This document shows positions 1 to 8,729 of a stretch of DNA of 38,416 nucleotides, in pieces. The number at the start of each line of letters is the position of its first letter. Positions within the stretch are counted from its first letter, which is position 1. Under the pieces are notes generated by a model. That model was given only the letters and a program-made list of their open reading frames with translations. It had not been told where the DNA came from and made no database searches. The stretch spans positions 1 through 38,416 of the IMG/VR virus record IMGVR_UViG_3300037350_000013; one strand, written 5' to 3'. The stretch is from a virus (taxonomy: Duplodnaviria > Caudoviricetes). Both the position numbers and the translations under genes were made by a program.

Positions 1-176
1 TCGTAGATGTAGCAATGACCGTCGCCAATGAAATACATCGTGTTGAAGTCGACCGCGCTGGAAATCATCATCGGCCATTCGTCGTCGACCATCGGCGCGC
101 TCGGCTCCGACGATAACGCGATGCGCGACAGACCACAGGCAGCGAGCACACCCGCGATGAACTCACGGCGTTTCAT
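1..176 (-). CDS. Small protein with twin-arginine-like N-terminus (MKRREFIAGVLAACG); runs off the left end of the window
   Basis: ATG at 176, open to position 1; RRxF plus hydrophobic stretch; TGC-TATCCT-N6-ATG upstream. Confidence 0.55.
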   Translation of the reverse strand, partial: MKRREFIAGVLAACGLSRIALSSEPSAPMVDDEWPMMISSAVDFNTMYFIGDGHCYIY

Positions 177-192
177 GGCGACAGGATAGCAG

Positions 193-342
193 ATGACGAC
201 ACCAGACTGTCCGCACTGCAAATCAGGCAACGTGGAACGCGACGGAGCGATGTGGGTCTGTAACTGCTGCGCGCGCAAGTTTCCGGCGCTCACAGAGAAC
301 GATCACACGTTCCTGGAGAAGATCCGCGTGGCCGCAGACTGA
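193..342 (+). CDS. 49-aa zinc-ribbon microprotein
   Basis: Read by hand: MTTPDCPHCKSGNVERDGAMWVCNCCARKF...; CxxC...CxxC; AGGA upstream. Confidence 0.7.
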   Translation: MTTPDCPHCKSGNVERDGAMWVCNCCARKFPALTENDHTFLEKIRVAAD

Positions 343-345
343 CGA

Positions 346-588
346 TTACCGCCGCGACGGCTTACACGGCACGCGATGCTGATGGATGAACGAATCGTCC
401 AACCCGCACGACTGGCAGACCAGCGAGAGCATATTGAACGGGCCGTGGCTCTCGTAATACGGGCGCGGTGGTGGGGTGTTCAGCAAGCGGCGGCGTGCCT
501 CTTCGCTGCGATATTCCGCATCGTATTGCGCTTGCGTGACGATCTCGCCGTCCACGCGATACACCAGACCGTCAGCGCAGATCGGCAT
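346..588 (-). CDS. 80-aa hypothetical protein with His/Cys putative zinc site
   Basis: ORF with H...CQSC...C; TGC-TAGAAT-N6-ATG upstream. Confidence 0.65.
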   Translation of the reverse strand: MPICADGLVYRVDGEIVTQAQYDAEYRSEEARRRLLNTPPPRPYYESHGPFNMLSLVCQSCGLDDSFIHQHRVPCKPSRR

Positions 589-697
589 GGGGCGATTCTA
601 GCAGGTTGATCCGCTCTCGGGTGCGGTGTTCTGGGCCGGCGCATAAGTCCCCGATGCTGCCGAAGGGCCGACGCCGGGAGCGGATCAGCACGGGAGA

Positions 698-910
<213 letters not shown>

Positions 911-924
<14 letters not shown>

Positions 925-1945
925 GGTCCAGCGCCTTCCTGAGCTTGTCCGCGTGGAAGGGGGCATACCGCTGTGTCATCCGGGGCGACGTGTGCCCGAG
1001 ATGCGCCTGAATGTCTGCGAGGTCGGCTCCCGCGCGCCGCATGGCCGTGGCGATGGTGTGTCGGAGGTCGTAAACGCGCACGCCAACGAGCGGTGGCAGT
1101 GGCGGGGTGAGCTTCGCGCGCCGCTCGTTCAGCGCCGTCACAGCGCGCCGGAAGGCGTTTTTGAGGCTGGCCCCGGAGTAGGTGCCCCACGCCTTTCGTT
1201 CGATGAATTCCTCCCACGCGGCGATGCCTTCCGCGTTCAGCACCAACTCCCGCGGCTTCCCCCGCTTCCCGGTCGGCACCCAGCACACGCCGCGCGCCAG
1301 GTCGACGTGTTCGGGCTTCATCTTTCCGAGTTCCGAGTTTCCGCGAATCCCGGTCCACGCCAGCACCTTGAGGCGGGCGCGTGACTTCGACGGCTTCATG
1401 CTGTCGATGAGGGTCAGCGCCGTGGAGATGCTGAGATCGCGGGGCTCTGGCGGCGGTTCATGGAACGGTGGAATGTCTCGCAGGGGGTTCGGGGCGCCCT
1501 TCCCATCGAGGACCGTATACAGGTGCATCAGGGCCGTGCGCCGATGGTTCACGGTGGAGGCGGCGAGGGGCTTCCCCTGCTTCCCGGTCAAGCGCCATTC
1601 GTTCAGCACCAGGCGGTAGTCATCCCGCGTCAGCCGATGCCGGGGCCGCATCCCGAGGACATCGACCCACGAGTGTAGATCACGCGCGCGGTCGCTCAGA
1701 CTCGGCATGGTGGCGACCAGTTTTAGGTAGTGCGTGACATCGGCGGCGAGCGTGCCGCGTGCGCCTTTCGGTGTGGAGGGCGCTTCCCGCGCTTTGACGC
1801 GCTGGGATTCCCGCCACTGCTTCATCTCGGTCAGGGTGGCATCGGCGGGGAACCGCTTGGTTTTCAGTCCGCCCGGTCCCGCGTGGACGCGGACAAAAAC
1901 TCGGTAGCCACTGACAGTTTTTTGTATGCCGGTTGGCGCGCTCAC
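911..1945 (-). CDS. int: Tyrosine recombinase (phage integrase)
   Basis: TGIR..SEL, YDLRHT, LGH...MT.RY catalytic motifs; 344 aa; next to tRNA fragment. Confidence 0.95.
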
Positions 1946-1966
1946 TCGTATTGCTTCAGGAAGCGA

Positions 1967-2404
1967 TCAATCAGATCCTCGATCGCCACGAGAGCGCTTG
2001 GGCGAATCTCCCGTAGCGTCGCGACTTTCTGATCGAACGTCCGCCTCCGCTCGGTCGAGGGCGATGTAGATGTCTGCGGCAAGTTGCCGGAGCCGTGCGA
2101 CAGCATCATCGAATTGTGCGGTCGGCGCCGGTTGTGGAAGTCCAGTAGAGCCACGGGATTTGGGATTCCTGAGCCGCGGCGGTAGCAGCTCCTCCATAGG
2201 TCGCTGCAATACCCGTGCGAGGCCCGCCAACAGCGCGACGGACGGTTTCCAGCGCGGATCGTCCGCGATGAACTGCGACACGGCCGACTGTGACACGCCG
2301 AGTTCTTTCGCTGCCTTGGTTTGCGACCAGCCCTTCGCGTCGATCAACTCGCGCAGAGCCTTCCGCACGGTCGCCCATTCATCTCGTATCACATCCGGCA
2401 GCAT
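1967..2404 (-). CDS. CI-like XRE helix-turn-helix repressor
   Basis: WSQTKAAKELGVSQSAVSQF HTH; divergent from cro-like gene. Confidence 0.85.
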   Translation of the reverse strand: MLPDVIRDEWATVRKALRELIDAKGWSQTKAAKELGVSQSAVSQFIADDPRWKPSVALLAGLARVLQRPMEELLPPRLRNPKSRGSTGLPQPAPTAQFDDAVARLRQLAADIYIALDRAEADVRSESRDATGDSPKRSRGDRGSD

Positions 2405-2437
2405 AGCAACTCGCCTTTGCGCGGCTCTACCGCTAGA

Positions 2438-2519
2438 AGTGCCTTAATTTCCAACAGTTACCGACAGGAAAAAATACACGCATTTTCTGCTTGACAGCCG
2501 ATTAAGGCACTAATAACCT
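2438..2519. promoter_or_regulatory. Lysis-lysogeny switch: rightward promoter and inverted 11-bp operator pair
   Basis: TTGACA(2491)-N17-TAACCT(2514); ATTAAGGCACT at 2501-2511 and its reverse complement at 2438-2448. Confidence 0.8.
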
Positions 2520-2526
2520 TAGCAGC

Positions 2527-2739
2527 GTGCTTATGAACGCTGTGCGCCGCTTCCGGTTGCGTGCGGGTTTGTCGCAGGCCGAACTCGCCAGCCGCGTCGG
2601 CCGCACGCAGAGCTTCATTTCCCAACTTGAGAGCGGGCGGATCAAGCGCCCTGCTTATGACTCGGTGCTCCCGCTGGCGCGTGAATTGGGCTGCGACCCA
2701 GAGCGCTTGTTCCCGACGAAAGTGAGTCGTGCGCGATGA
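2527..2739 (+). CDS. Cro-like XRE HTH protein
   Basis: LSQAELASRVGRTQSFISQLESG. Confidence 0.9.
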   Translation: MLMNAVRRFRLRAGLSQAELASRVGRTQSFISQLESGRIKRPAYDSVLPLARELGCDPERLFPTKVSRAR

Positions 2740-3020
2740 CCTTATCGCACACGGCTGAGCAGATCGCGGACACGCGCACACCGACGAGTGAGCAAGTCTC
2801 TCGCCCGCTCGGCCTGTCGGACCGCGCGTTCCAGTTCGAGGTGATCCCCAACGTCTGCCTGGTGGAGGACGTGTGCCGGATCCTCAGGTTCTCCGAACGG
2901 CAGTTCTCCCGGTTGATGCGGCAGAAGGCGCTCCCCCTGGTGGAGATCCATATCGACAGCACGCGGCGATTCACCGGGGAGTCGGTCGCGCGTGCCGCCA
3001 AGCTGCGGCGGAAAGGTTGA
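2736..3020 (+). CDS. Excisionase-like winged-helix protein
   Basis: VEDVCRILRFSERQFSRLMRQKALP...TRRF pattern; position after cro. Confidence 0.7.
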   Translation: MTLSHTAEQIADTRTPTSEQVSRPLGLSDRAFQFEVIPNVCLVEDVCRILRFSERQFSRLMRQKALPLVEIHIDSTRRFTGESVARAAKLRRKG

Positions 3021-3024
3021 ACTC

Positions 3025-3414
3025 ATGGCCCGCAGCATCGCAAACGCCGCGTTGAGCACGCCAGATAACTCGCTTCCCAATCGTTCTCAGGGCATGGCAA
3101 AGGCTGATATGCGGTCGTCAGTCTCGGTGGGCGACTTATCAGGCGTGCTCAAAGACAGCGCGCGGCGCGTCTACGGGAAGCAGGGCGCAGCAGCGGCAAC
3201 CGTGGGACAGGCCGAATCGAACTTCTCGCGCGACCTCGAAACCATCGCGCGGAAGTTGGAACCGCTTGGTCCTGAATACCTGGCGGACCTTGGTAAGGGA
3301 CTCGTGGAGACGTATGCGCCGCTCTCTACGCCAGCCGGACGTGCGCGGGAACTCGCCCGTCGACAGGAAGCCATCGCCGCTGAACTGCGGCAGCTTGCGG
3401 AATACATCGCATGA
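3025..3414 (+). CDS. CII-like transcriptional regulator
   Basis: GKQGAAAATVGQAESNFSR resembles the lambda CII HTH; synteny. Confidence 0.5.
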   Translation: MARSIANAALSTPDNSLPNRSQGMAKADMRSSVSVGDLSGVLKDSARRVYGKQGAAAATVGQAESNFSRDLETIARKLEPLGPEYLADLGKGLVETYAPLSTPAGRARELARRQEAIAAELRQLAEYIA

Positions 3415-3533
3415 CCCTCCGCATTCTCGGCTACGTCTCGGCGGTGATCTTTGTGGCTGGGGCGATCTTAGTGGGTTTGGTGTGGTGGGGTGCGGCGGGG
3501 ATCGCGATCGCACAGGACGAAGCGAAGGACTGA
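3411..3533 (+). CDS. 40-aa single-pass membrane protein
   Basis: MTLRILGYVSAVIFVAGAILVGLVWWG...; ATGA overlap with upstream gene. Confidence 0.6.
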   Translation: MTLRILGYVSAVIFVAGAILVGLVWWGAAGIAIAQDEAKD

Positions 3534-3545
3534 GGAGGAGACGAC

Positions 3546-3974
3546 ATGCAAATGACCACCTTGAAAGAACGCCTGACACCCGCGCAGCAGCGTCGTCGGC
3601 AGGAGCGGATCGCGCGCCGCGCTCGGTCGTGGATGCCAGTGGACGCGACGCCGCGCGTGCGTTTCATTGACCGGCTGCGCGGTATCGGCAAGCGCCTCGC
3701 GTTCTTCGGTGCGAATCGCGAGAAGGCCGCAGCGCTGGCGATGCAGATCGCGCGGAACTTCGAGCAGTTGCGGCTCCGCTCGGCCGTCGCTGATCGCTGC
3801 AGCTATCGCCGCGAATACGTTGTGAAGGTTGCGGGTCGCGCGGTCAAGCAATTTGGCGATCCGTGCGGTGGACGACTGAAGGCGCACAAGCGCGTGGGCG
3901 ACTGGACGTCGAAGGAATTGCAGTGCGAAACGTGCGGGCGGGTCTACGTGGACGCGCGAACCGAAGCGGCCTGA
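3546..3974 (+). CDS. Basic hypothetical protein with C-terminal zinc ribbon
   Basis: GAGGAGGAG RBS; C...H...CETCG. Confidence 0.7.
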   Translation: MQMTTLKERLTPAQQRRRQERIARRARSWMPVDATPRVRFIDRLRGIGKRLAFFGANREKAAALAMQIARNFEQLRLRSAVADRCSYRREYVVKVAGRAVKQFGDPCGGRLKAHKRVGDWTSKELQCETCGRVYVDARTEAA

Positions 3975-3980
3975 AATGCA

Positions 3981-4011
3981 GAAGGCCCGCTCCTGATCCG
4001 AGCGAGCCTTC
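3981..4011. terminator. Intergenic hairpin, possible terminator
   Basis: GAAGGCCCGCTC-N7-GAGCGAGCCTTC; no clear U tract. Confidence 0.4.
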
Positions 4012-4046
4012 GATCAGCACCCGACCTGACCTAGAGGGGAGAACAG

Positions 4047-4442
4047 ATGCCGACAGAAGAAATGGTAACACGACACACACCGGGACCGTGGACGGAGCAT
4101 CCGTATACCTCGGTCACAAAGGGCATCTGCGAGGCGAACGAGCAGCGTCCCGGTTTTGAGCATCGCGACATCGTGATCGGGTCCGACAAGACGGTGATCG
4201 CGGTGGTCCAGTCGCACACGCTGCCGATGCCGTATTCCGGCTATCCGCATGTGGACAACGACGCCGAACTGGAGGCGAACGCGCGACTGATCATGGCCGC
4301 GCCTGACCTTCTCGCTGCGCTGCGCCTGTGTGAAAAGTGCCTTCCGTGCTTGCGCGTTGACAACTGGCCGCCAGGATTTGCGCTCAAGAAAGAGGCAATC
4401 GAAGCGGCCCGCGCTGCTATCGCGAAAGCGGAGGGACGCTAA
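4047..4442 (+). CDS. Conserved phage protein (HTPGPW...ANARLIxAAPDLL type)
   Basis: Recognisable N- and C-terminal motifs; RBS GAGGGGAG. Confidence 0.85.
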   Translation: MPTEEMVTRHTPGPWTEHPYTSVTKGICEANEQRPGFEHRDIVIGSDKTVIAVVQSHTLPMPYSGYPHVDNDAELEANARLIMAAPDLLAALRLCEKCLPCLRVDNWPPGFALKKEAIEAARAAIAKAEGR

Positions 4443-4771
4443 TGCCTTTCAGCCTCTCCGACTTCGCCGCCTATGCGCTCTGGACGATCCAGACGCAGAC
4501 GTGGGCACAGGCGGTGTGTCTCACGATTGTGATTCTGATCTTCGTCAAGCTCGTGCTGGTGGTGGAATCCAAGATCCAGCGTCGAGAGGACATCGCGCAG
4601 ATCGAGCGCGAGTCACAGATCGAGTGGGAGGAGCGCAAGCCGGTGCTGATTCACGGCATCGCGCGGTCGATTCGCGATTCGCATCCTGACCATCGATTCA
4701 ACCTGGACGAGGAGGAACGTGACTTTCTGTCGTCCCTTGGGATCAGCCCTGATGGGCCGAAGGCGGCGTGA
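4442..4771 (+). CDS. Hypothetical membrane protein
   Basis: Hydrophobic N-terminal helix; TAATG coupling. Confidence 0.7.
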   Translation: MPFSLSDFAAYALWTIQTQTWAQAVCLTIVILIFVKLVLVVESKIQRREDIAQIERESQIEWEERKPVLIHGIARSIRDSHPDHRFNLDEEERDFLSSLGISPDGPKAA

Positions 4772-5001
4772 TCATGCATGTCATCGCCCGTTCACCCGTC
4801 AAAGCCCTCCCGAACGAGACGGTCGCGTATGCGGCCCGAGACATTGAACTCGGCGCAGTCGATCTGATGCGCGAAGTCGAAAACTGCAAGGACGTGACGG
4901 AAGCCCTGCGGCTGTATCACCTCGTCACGACGTTACGGCAGGAACTGGATCGCGTCGCGATTGCGGCGCTGGACATGGCAGACACACGCTGCGGCGTGTA
5001 G
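4768..5001 (+). CDS. Hypothetical protein
   Basis: GTGA overlap; fits the operon tiling. Confidence 0.65.
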   Translation: MIMHVIARSPVKALPNETVAYAARDIELGAVDLMREVENCKDVTEALRLYHLVTTLRQELDRVAIAALDMADTRCGV

Positions 5002-5012
5002 GAGCAGAGACG

Positions 5013-5522
5013 ATGCCGATCATTGCGACCGCTGGGGATAGCAAAACCTACACGCCCGCGCCGGCTGGGAGTCATCAGGCCGTGTGCGTGGACGTGATCG
5101 ACAAGGGGATTCTGGAAGTCACCTACGCCGGCAAGACCAAGAAACAGCACAAGGTCAGTCTGGCGTGGCAGATCGAGGAACTGCGCGACGACGGCAAGCG
5201 CTTCCTCGTCTACAAGCGCTACACCCTGAGCCTGAACGAGAAGGCGACACTGCGGCATGACCTGGAGTCGTGGCGTGGACGGGCGTTCACCGATGCGGAG
5301 CTGGCTGGCTTCGACGTGGAGACGGTCATCGGCGTGAACTGCCTGCTGAACGTGCAGCACCGGACGGTGGCCGACAAGACCTACGCCAACGTCACGGCGG
5401 TCATGGCAACGCCGAAGGGGATGCCGAAGATTCAGGCGACGGACTACGTGCGCGAGAAGGACCGGACCGATGCGGAAGAACCCGTGCCGTCCGACGCTGA
5501 CGATTCGGATATCCCGTTCTGA
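5013..5522 (+). CDS. Putative phage ssDNA-binding protein (NGO0469/DUF669-like)
   Basis: PAGSHQAVC..VID.G, YTLSLNEKATLR.DLESWRG; acidic tail ending DSDIPF. Confidence 0.8.
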   Translation: MPIIATAGDSKTYTPAPAGSHQAVCVDVIDKGILEVTYAGKTKKQHKVSLAWQIEELRDDGKRFLVYKRYTLSLNEKATLRHDLESWRGRAFTDAELAGFDVETVIGVNCLLNVQHRTVADKTYANVTAVMATPKGMPKIQATDYVREKDRTDAEEPVPSDADDSDIPF

Positions 5523-5524
5523 TC

Positions 5525-5959
5525 ATGGCGAGCGTGGCGGATCTGGTGGTCGCATCGGCAACCGTGAAGGGCGGCAAGCTCTTTGTGCGGAACCGTCGCG
5601 AGTTCGACCGCCAAGTGGCGCAGATGAAAGACGGCTGGGAGATGGAACTGACCCTCTCCCGCCGTCGCGCGACACGCTCGGTGCAAGCCAACGCCTACTA
5701 CTGGGGCGTCGTGCTGGCGGCGCTCAGTGAGCACACGGGCTACACCGTGGACGAACTGCACGACATCTGTAAAGCGCTGTTCCTCCCCAAGCGGTTGGCG
5801 CTGAACAACGGCAACGGGGAAGTGGTTGGAGAGTTCGTGTTGGGCGGATCGACGCGGACCCTGAACACCAACGAGTTTTACGAATACGTCGAGCGCGTGC
5901 GGCAGTGGGCGTCCGAAACGCTCGATTGCTACGTGCCTGACCCGAACGAGGCGATTTGA
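5525..5959 (+). CDS. NinB/Orf-like recombination protein
   Basis: RSVQANAYYWG...ELH..CK..FL...STRTLNT.EF..YVE motifs. Confidence 0.75.
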   Translation: MASVADLVVASATVKGGKLFVRNRREFDRQVAQMKDGWEMELTLSRRRATRSVQANAYYWGVVLAALSEHTGYTVDELHDICKALFLPKRLALNNGNGEVVGEFVLGGSTRTLNTNEFYEYVERVRQWASETLDCYVPDPNEAI

Positions 5960-5960
5960 T

Positions 5961-6641
5961 ATGGGCCTGAACAACGACAAGGCGCGGCGCGTGATCTTCG
6001 ACATTGAGACGGCGCCCATCGACGGCGCAGCCGACTACCTGGAGCCGGTCAGCGCCCCCGCGAACTACAAAGACCCTGACGCGATTGCACGCTACGTCAA
6101 GGACGCCGCCGCGAAGGAAGTCTCTCGGTGCTCACTCGACGTGGACCTGTGCCGCATCGTGGCGATCGGGGGATGGGTGGAAGGCTACGAGCCGTTCGCG
6201 CTCACCGAGGCCGACTGCGCGGATGAAACCGAACTGGTCTGCTACTTCTGGAACACGGTCGAGGAGCGGCATCTGGTGGGCTTCAACTGCCTCAGCTTCG
6301 ACCTCCCGGTGCTGTTCCGGCGCTCGCTGTATCTCGGCGTCAAGGCTCCGCTGCACGCCTACAGCATCGAACCGAAGTGGCGTCCGGCCAATGTGACAGA
6401 CCTTCAGATGCGGCTGTCCTACAACGGCGCGATCCGTCTGCGGGGGTTGTCGTTCTACTGCAAGCGGTTCGGGATTGACGTGTCAGACACGCTGACCGGC
6501 GCGGATATCGGACAGGCCGTGGCAGATGGGCGCTGGCAGGACGTGCGCGCGCATGTCACGGCGGACATTCAGAAAACGGCGCAGCTCGCCGCCAAACTCG
6601 GTGCGTTCACTCTCACGCCGGTCGCAGAGGCGGTGTTCTGA
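5961..6641 (+). CDS. Stand-alone DEDD 3'-5' exonuclease (PolB-exonuclease-like)
   Basis: ExoI FDIET, ExoII GFN...FD, ExoIII H...D. Confidence 0.85.
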   Translation: MGLNNDKARRVIFDIETAPIDGAADYLEPVSAPANYKDPDAIARYVKDAAAKEVSRCSLDVDLCRIVAIGGWVEGYEPFALTEADCADETELVCYFWNTVEERHLVGFNCLSFDLPVLFRRSLYLGVKAPLHAYSIEPKWRPANVTDLQMRLSYNGAIRLRGLSFYCKRFGIDVSDTLTGADIGQAVADGRWQDVRAHVTADIQKTAQLAAKLGAFTLTPVAEAVF

Positions 6642-6844
6642 TGTCTCGCTGGGATGCGGAATCGGATCTGGACTACTGGGACGAGGTTGAAGGCCACCAC
6701 GACCCGTATGACGTGTCGGTGTCCTGCATCAAGTGCCAGCAGATGTTCTACGTGCGGGCGGATGAGCGTGGCCCCTACTGGTGCGAGGCGTGCCAGCACA
6801 ACGCCCAGGTAAAACTCGAGCAGCGCCAGCAGAAGGCGTCCTAG
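6641..6844 (+). CDS. Zinc-finger microprotein
   Basis: CIKC...CEAC; TGATG coupling. Confidence 0.7.
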   Translation: MSRWDAESDLDYWDEVEGHHDPYDVSVSCIKCQQMFYVRADERGPYWCEACQHNAQVKLEQRQQKAS

Positions 6845-6846
6845 CG

Positions 6847-6984
6847 ATGCCCTATCTGCTCTTGATCAACATCGTCACCATTGTGTTGTCGATGGCGTCG
6901 CCACACTGGTGGAACTTTCCGGTCGTGGCGTTCTGCTGGTTCGTGGTCGGCGTGGAATTCGCGGCGAAACGGCGGCTGCGCTAA
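6847..6984 (+). CDS. Small membrane protein
   Basis: Two hydrophobic segments, basic C-terminus. Confidence 0.6.
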   Translation: MPYLLLINIVTIVLSMASPHWWNFPVVAFCWFVVGVEFAAKRRLR

Positions 6985-7454
6985 TGGGCATCTGTGATCG
7001 CCTCAGCTTGCCATCCACCGACGACCAGAAGGCGACACCGAAATGGGAGATCAAGCCCGCCGTGGTCGCGCGGAAGGAACGCAAGCTCTCGAAAGAAGAG
7101 CAGGGCACCGCGTTTCGGGATGCCGTCTGGCTTCGTGACAAGAGCCGTAACCGTGCGACCGGGCAGAAGTTGACGCGCGTCCATCCGAAGCAGAAGGGCG
7201 CCTCACTGCTGCCGTGGGACCAGATCGGGGAAGTGGATCACGCCTACCCGCGGTCGACGCATCCCGATCGGATCTACGACGTGGAGAACGGGCTGCTGCT
7301 GTCGAAGGAATTGAACCGGCTGCGGAAGGTGCCGTGTGCGCGAGCGCCGGAGCATCGACGGTTCGACTACTCAGGGCCAGAGAATCGCGGACTCCCGCAA
7401 GTGTTCGTGTGGCGAGACGACGACGGCAACGTGACGAAGGAGCGCATCGGATGA
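6984..7454 (+). CDS. HNH-type nuclease-like protein
   Basis: R.AV..RD...G; EVDH..PRS...YD..N.LLL....N. Confidence 0.7.
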   Translation: MGICDRLSLPSTDDQKATPKWEIKPAVVARKERKLSKEEQGTAFRDAVWLRDKSRNRATGQKLTRVHPKQKGASLLPWDQIGEVDHAYPRSTHPDRIYDVENGLLLSKELNRLRKVPCARAPEHRRFDYSGPENRGLPQVFVWRDDDGNVTKERIG

Positions 7455-7669
7455 TCGAAGCCATCGCGACGGCCATCGTGGATCTCGCGCGACTCGCGCT
7501 GCTCGCCTACGTGGCGAAGCTCACGCGGGACTGCTTCACGCACTGGCTTGATGCGGGCTGTCCTGGGACCGTGAAATCGCTGGAAGCGCGGATTCTCGAC
7601 GCGGCTCGTCGCGGCGTCATTGATCTGTCTGATCTGGTGCAGCGACAGGAGAGGACCGAAGGGGTATGA
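7451..7669 (+). CDS. Hypothetical protein
   Basis: ATGA overlaps on both sides. Confidence 0.6.
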   Translation: MIEAIATAIVDLARLALLAYVAKLTRDCFTHWLDAGCPGTVKSLEARILDAARRGVIDLSDLVQRQERTEGV

Positions 7670-8085
7670 GCAAAACAAGCAACGTAATTCCAGATGGCGA
7701 CATTGAAATTAAGGCGGTATCTCCGTCTGGCGAAGTCGTTGACACGGCTGTTTTTGAAGAGGCTGGTGTCGCCTTCGATCCCACCACGATGCATCTCGAT
7801 CTGACGAAGGCCGAGAAGAGACGGACGACTGCGTTGATGTTGGCGATTCAGGCGTATGACAAGTTGATCATCAAAGATGCCGACTATCTGCGCGAAGCCA
7901 ACAATCAAGCGCGAGATCGCGGCGCAGTGATTCGCCCGGCGACGATGGACGCAATGGTGGTTGCGGCGCTGCAATTCGACGCGTTCATTTCCGGCCAGTT
8001 AACGGTCGAATCGAGTGGTATTTCACGAGAGCGGCAGCCTGAAAGTGCGCTTGATTCCGGCGACGGCCGCACCGAATCGGAATAG
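7666..8085 (+). CDS. Hypothetical protein
   Basis: 139-aa ORF, translationally coupled. Confidence 0.7.
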   Translation: MSKTSNVIPDGDIEIKAVSPSGEVVDTAVFEEAGVAFDPTTMHLDLTKAEKRRTTALMLAIQAYDKLIIKDADYLREANNQARDRGAVIRPATMDAMVVAALQFDAFISGQLTVESSGISRERQPESALDSGDGRTESE

Positions 8086-8087
8086 CG

Positions 8088-8417
8088 ATGATGCCCTCCC
8101 CGCTGCCCCTCCCCTTTGCCCGTCGATCACGGAATCAGGACATCTGTGTGGATGCCTTGATCGGTGCCTTGAAGGGCCGTGGCTGGCGTCTCCGCGCCTC
8201 GATCGCGCGTGACCTGGGCGTGAGTATCCGCACGGTCAGAGCGTTAGCGAGCGCGTCAGAAGGCCGGGTATTGAGCGGACAGAAAGGCTTGTGTCTGGTG
8301 GAGGAAGCGACAGTGGAGGACACGGCACACGCAGCCAATGCTTTAGAAGCCCAAGGGCGCGCGTTGATTCAGCACGCAGAGCAGATTCGCAGAGTGTCAC
8401 ACCGGAGGATCGCGTAG
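8088..8417 (+). CDS. Winged-helix DNA-binding protein
   Basis: ASIARDLGVSIRTVRAL...VLSGQKG. Confidence 0.65.
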   Translation: MMPSPLPLPFARRSRNQDICVDALIGALKGRGWRLRASIARDLGVSIRTVRALASASEGRVLSGQKGLCLVEEATVEDTAHAANALEAQGRALIQHAEQIRRVSHRRIA

Positions 8418-8729
8418 ATGGCTTGGACCTCTTGGCCGAGCATTCCGCCACGAGACTGGGGCGGTGGCGTCTACGCGCTCTACCACAACGGCGCTCTGGT
8501 CTATGTCGGACGCACCTGGAATTTTGCGTCGCGCATTTCAGGGCATCGGCATCGGTTCCAGTTCGACATCATCAAAACCAAGTGGACCAAAACGCAGCGC
8601 GAAGCGAAGTGGATCGAGCGCAAACTCCTATTCCGGCTTCGCCCGCCGCGCAATCGCACGATCCCGACAGACCTCCACGGTTGCTGGCAGTATCGACCCG
8701 AAGTGCGGCGAAGCATGGGAGCGCGGTAG
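8418..8729 (+). CDS. GIY-YIG nuclease-domain protein
   Basis: GVYAL...VYVGRT.N...R..H...EA..IE...N. Confidence 0.8.
   Translation: MAWTSWPSIPPRDWGGGVYALYHNGALVYVGRTWNFASRISGHRHRFQFDIIKTKWTKTQREAKWIERKLLFRLRPPRNRTIPTDLHGCWQYRPEVRRSMGAR

Noticed and set aside
1942-2154. 70-aa ORF overlapping the cI 3' end and int start
   Set aside because: It lies almost entirely within cI in another frame with no RBS or motif; the overlap with the int start is suggestive but not enough
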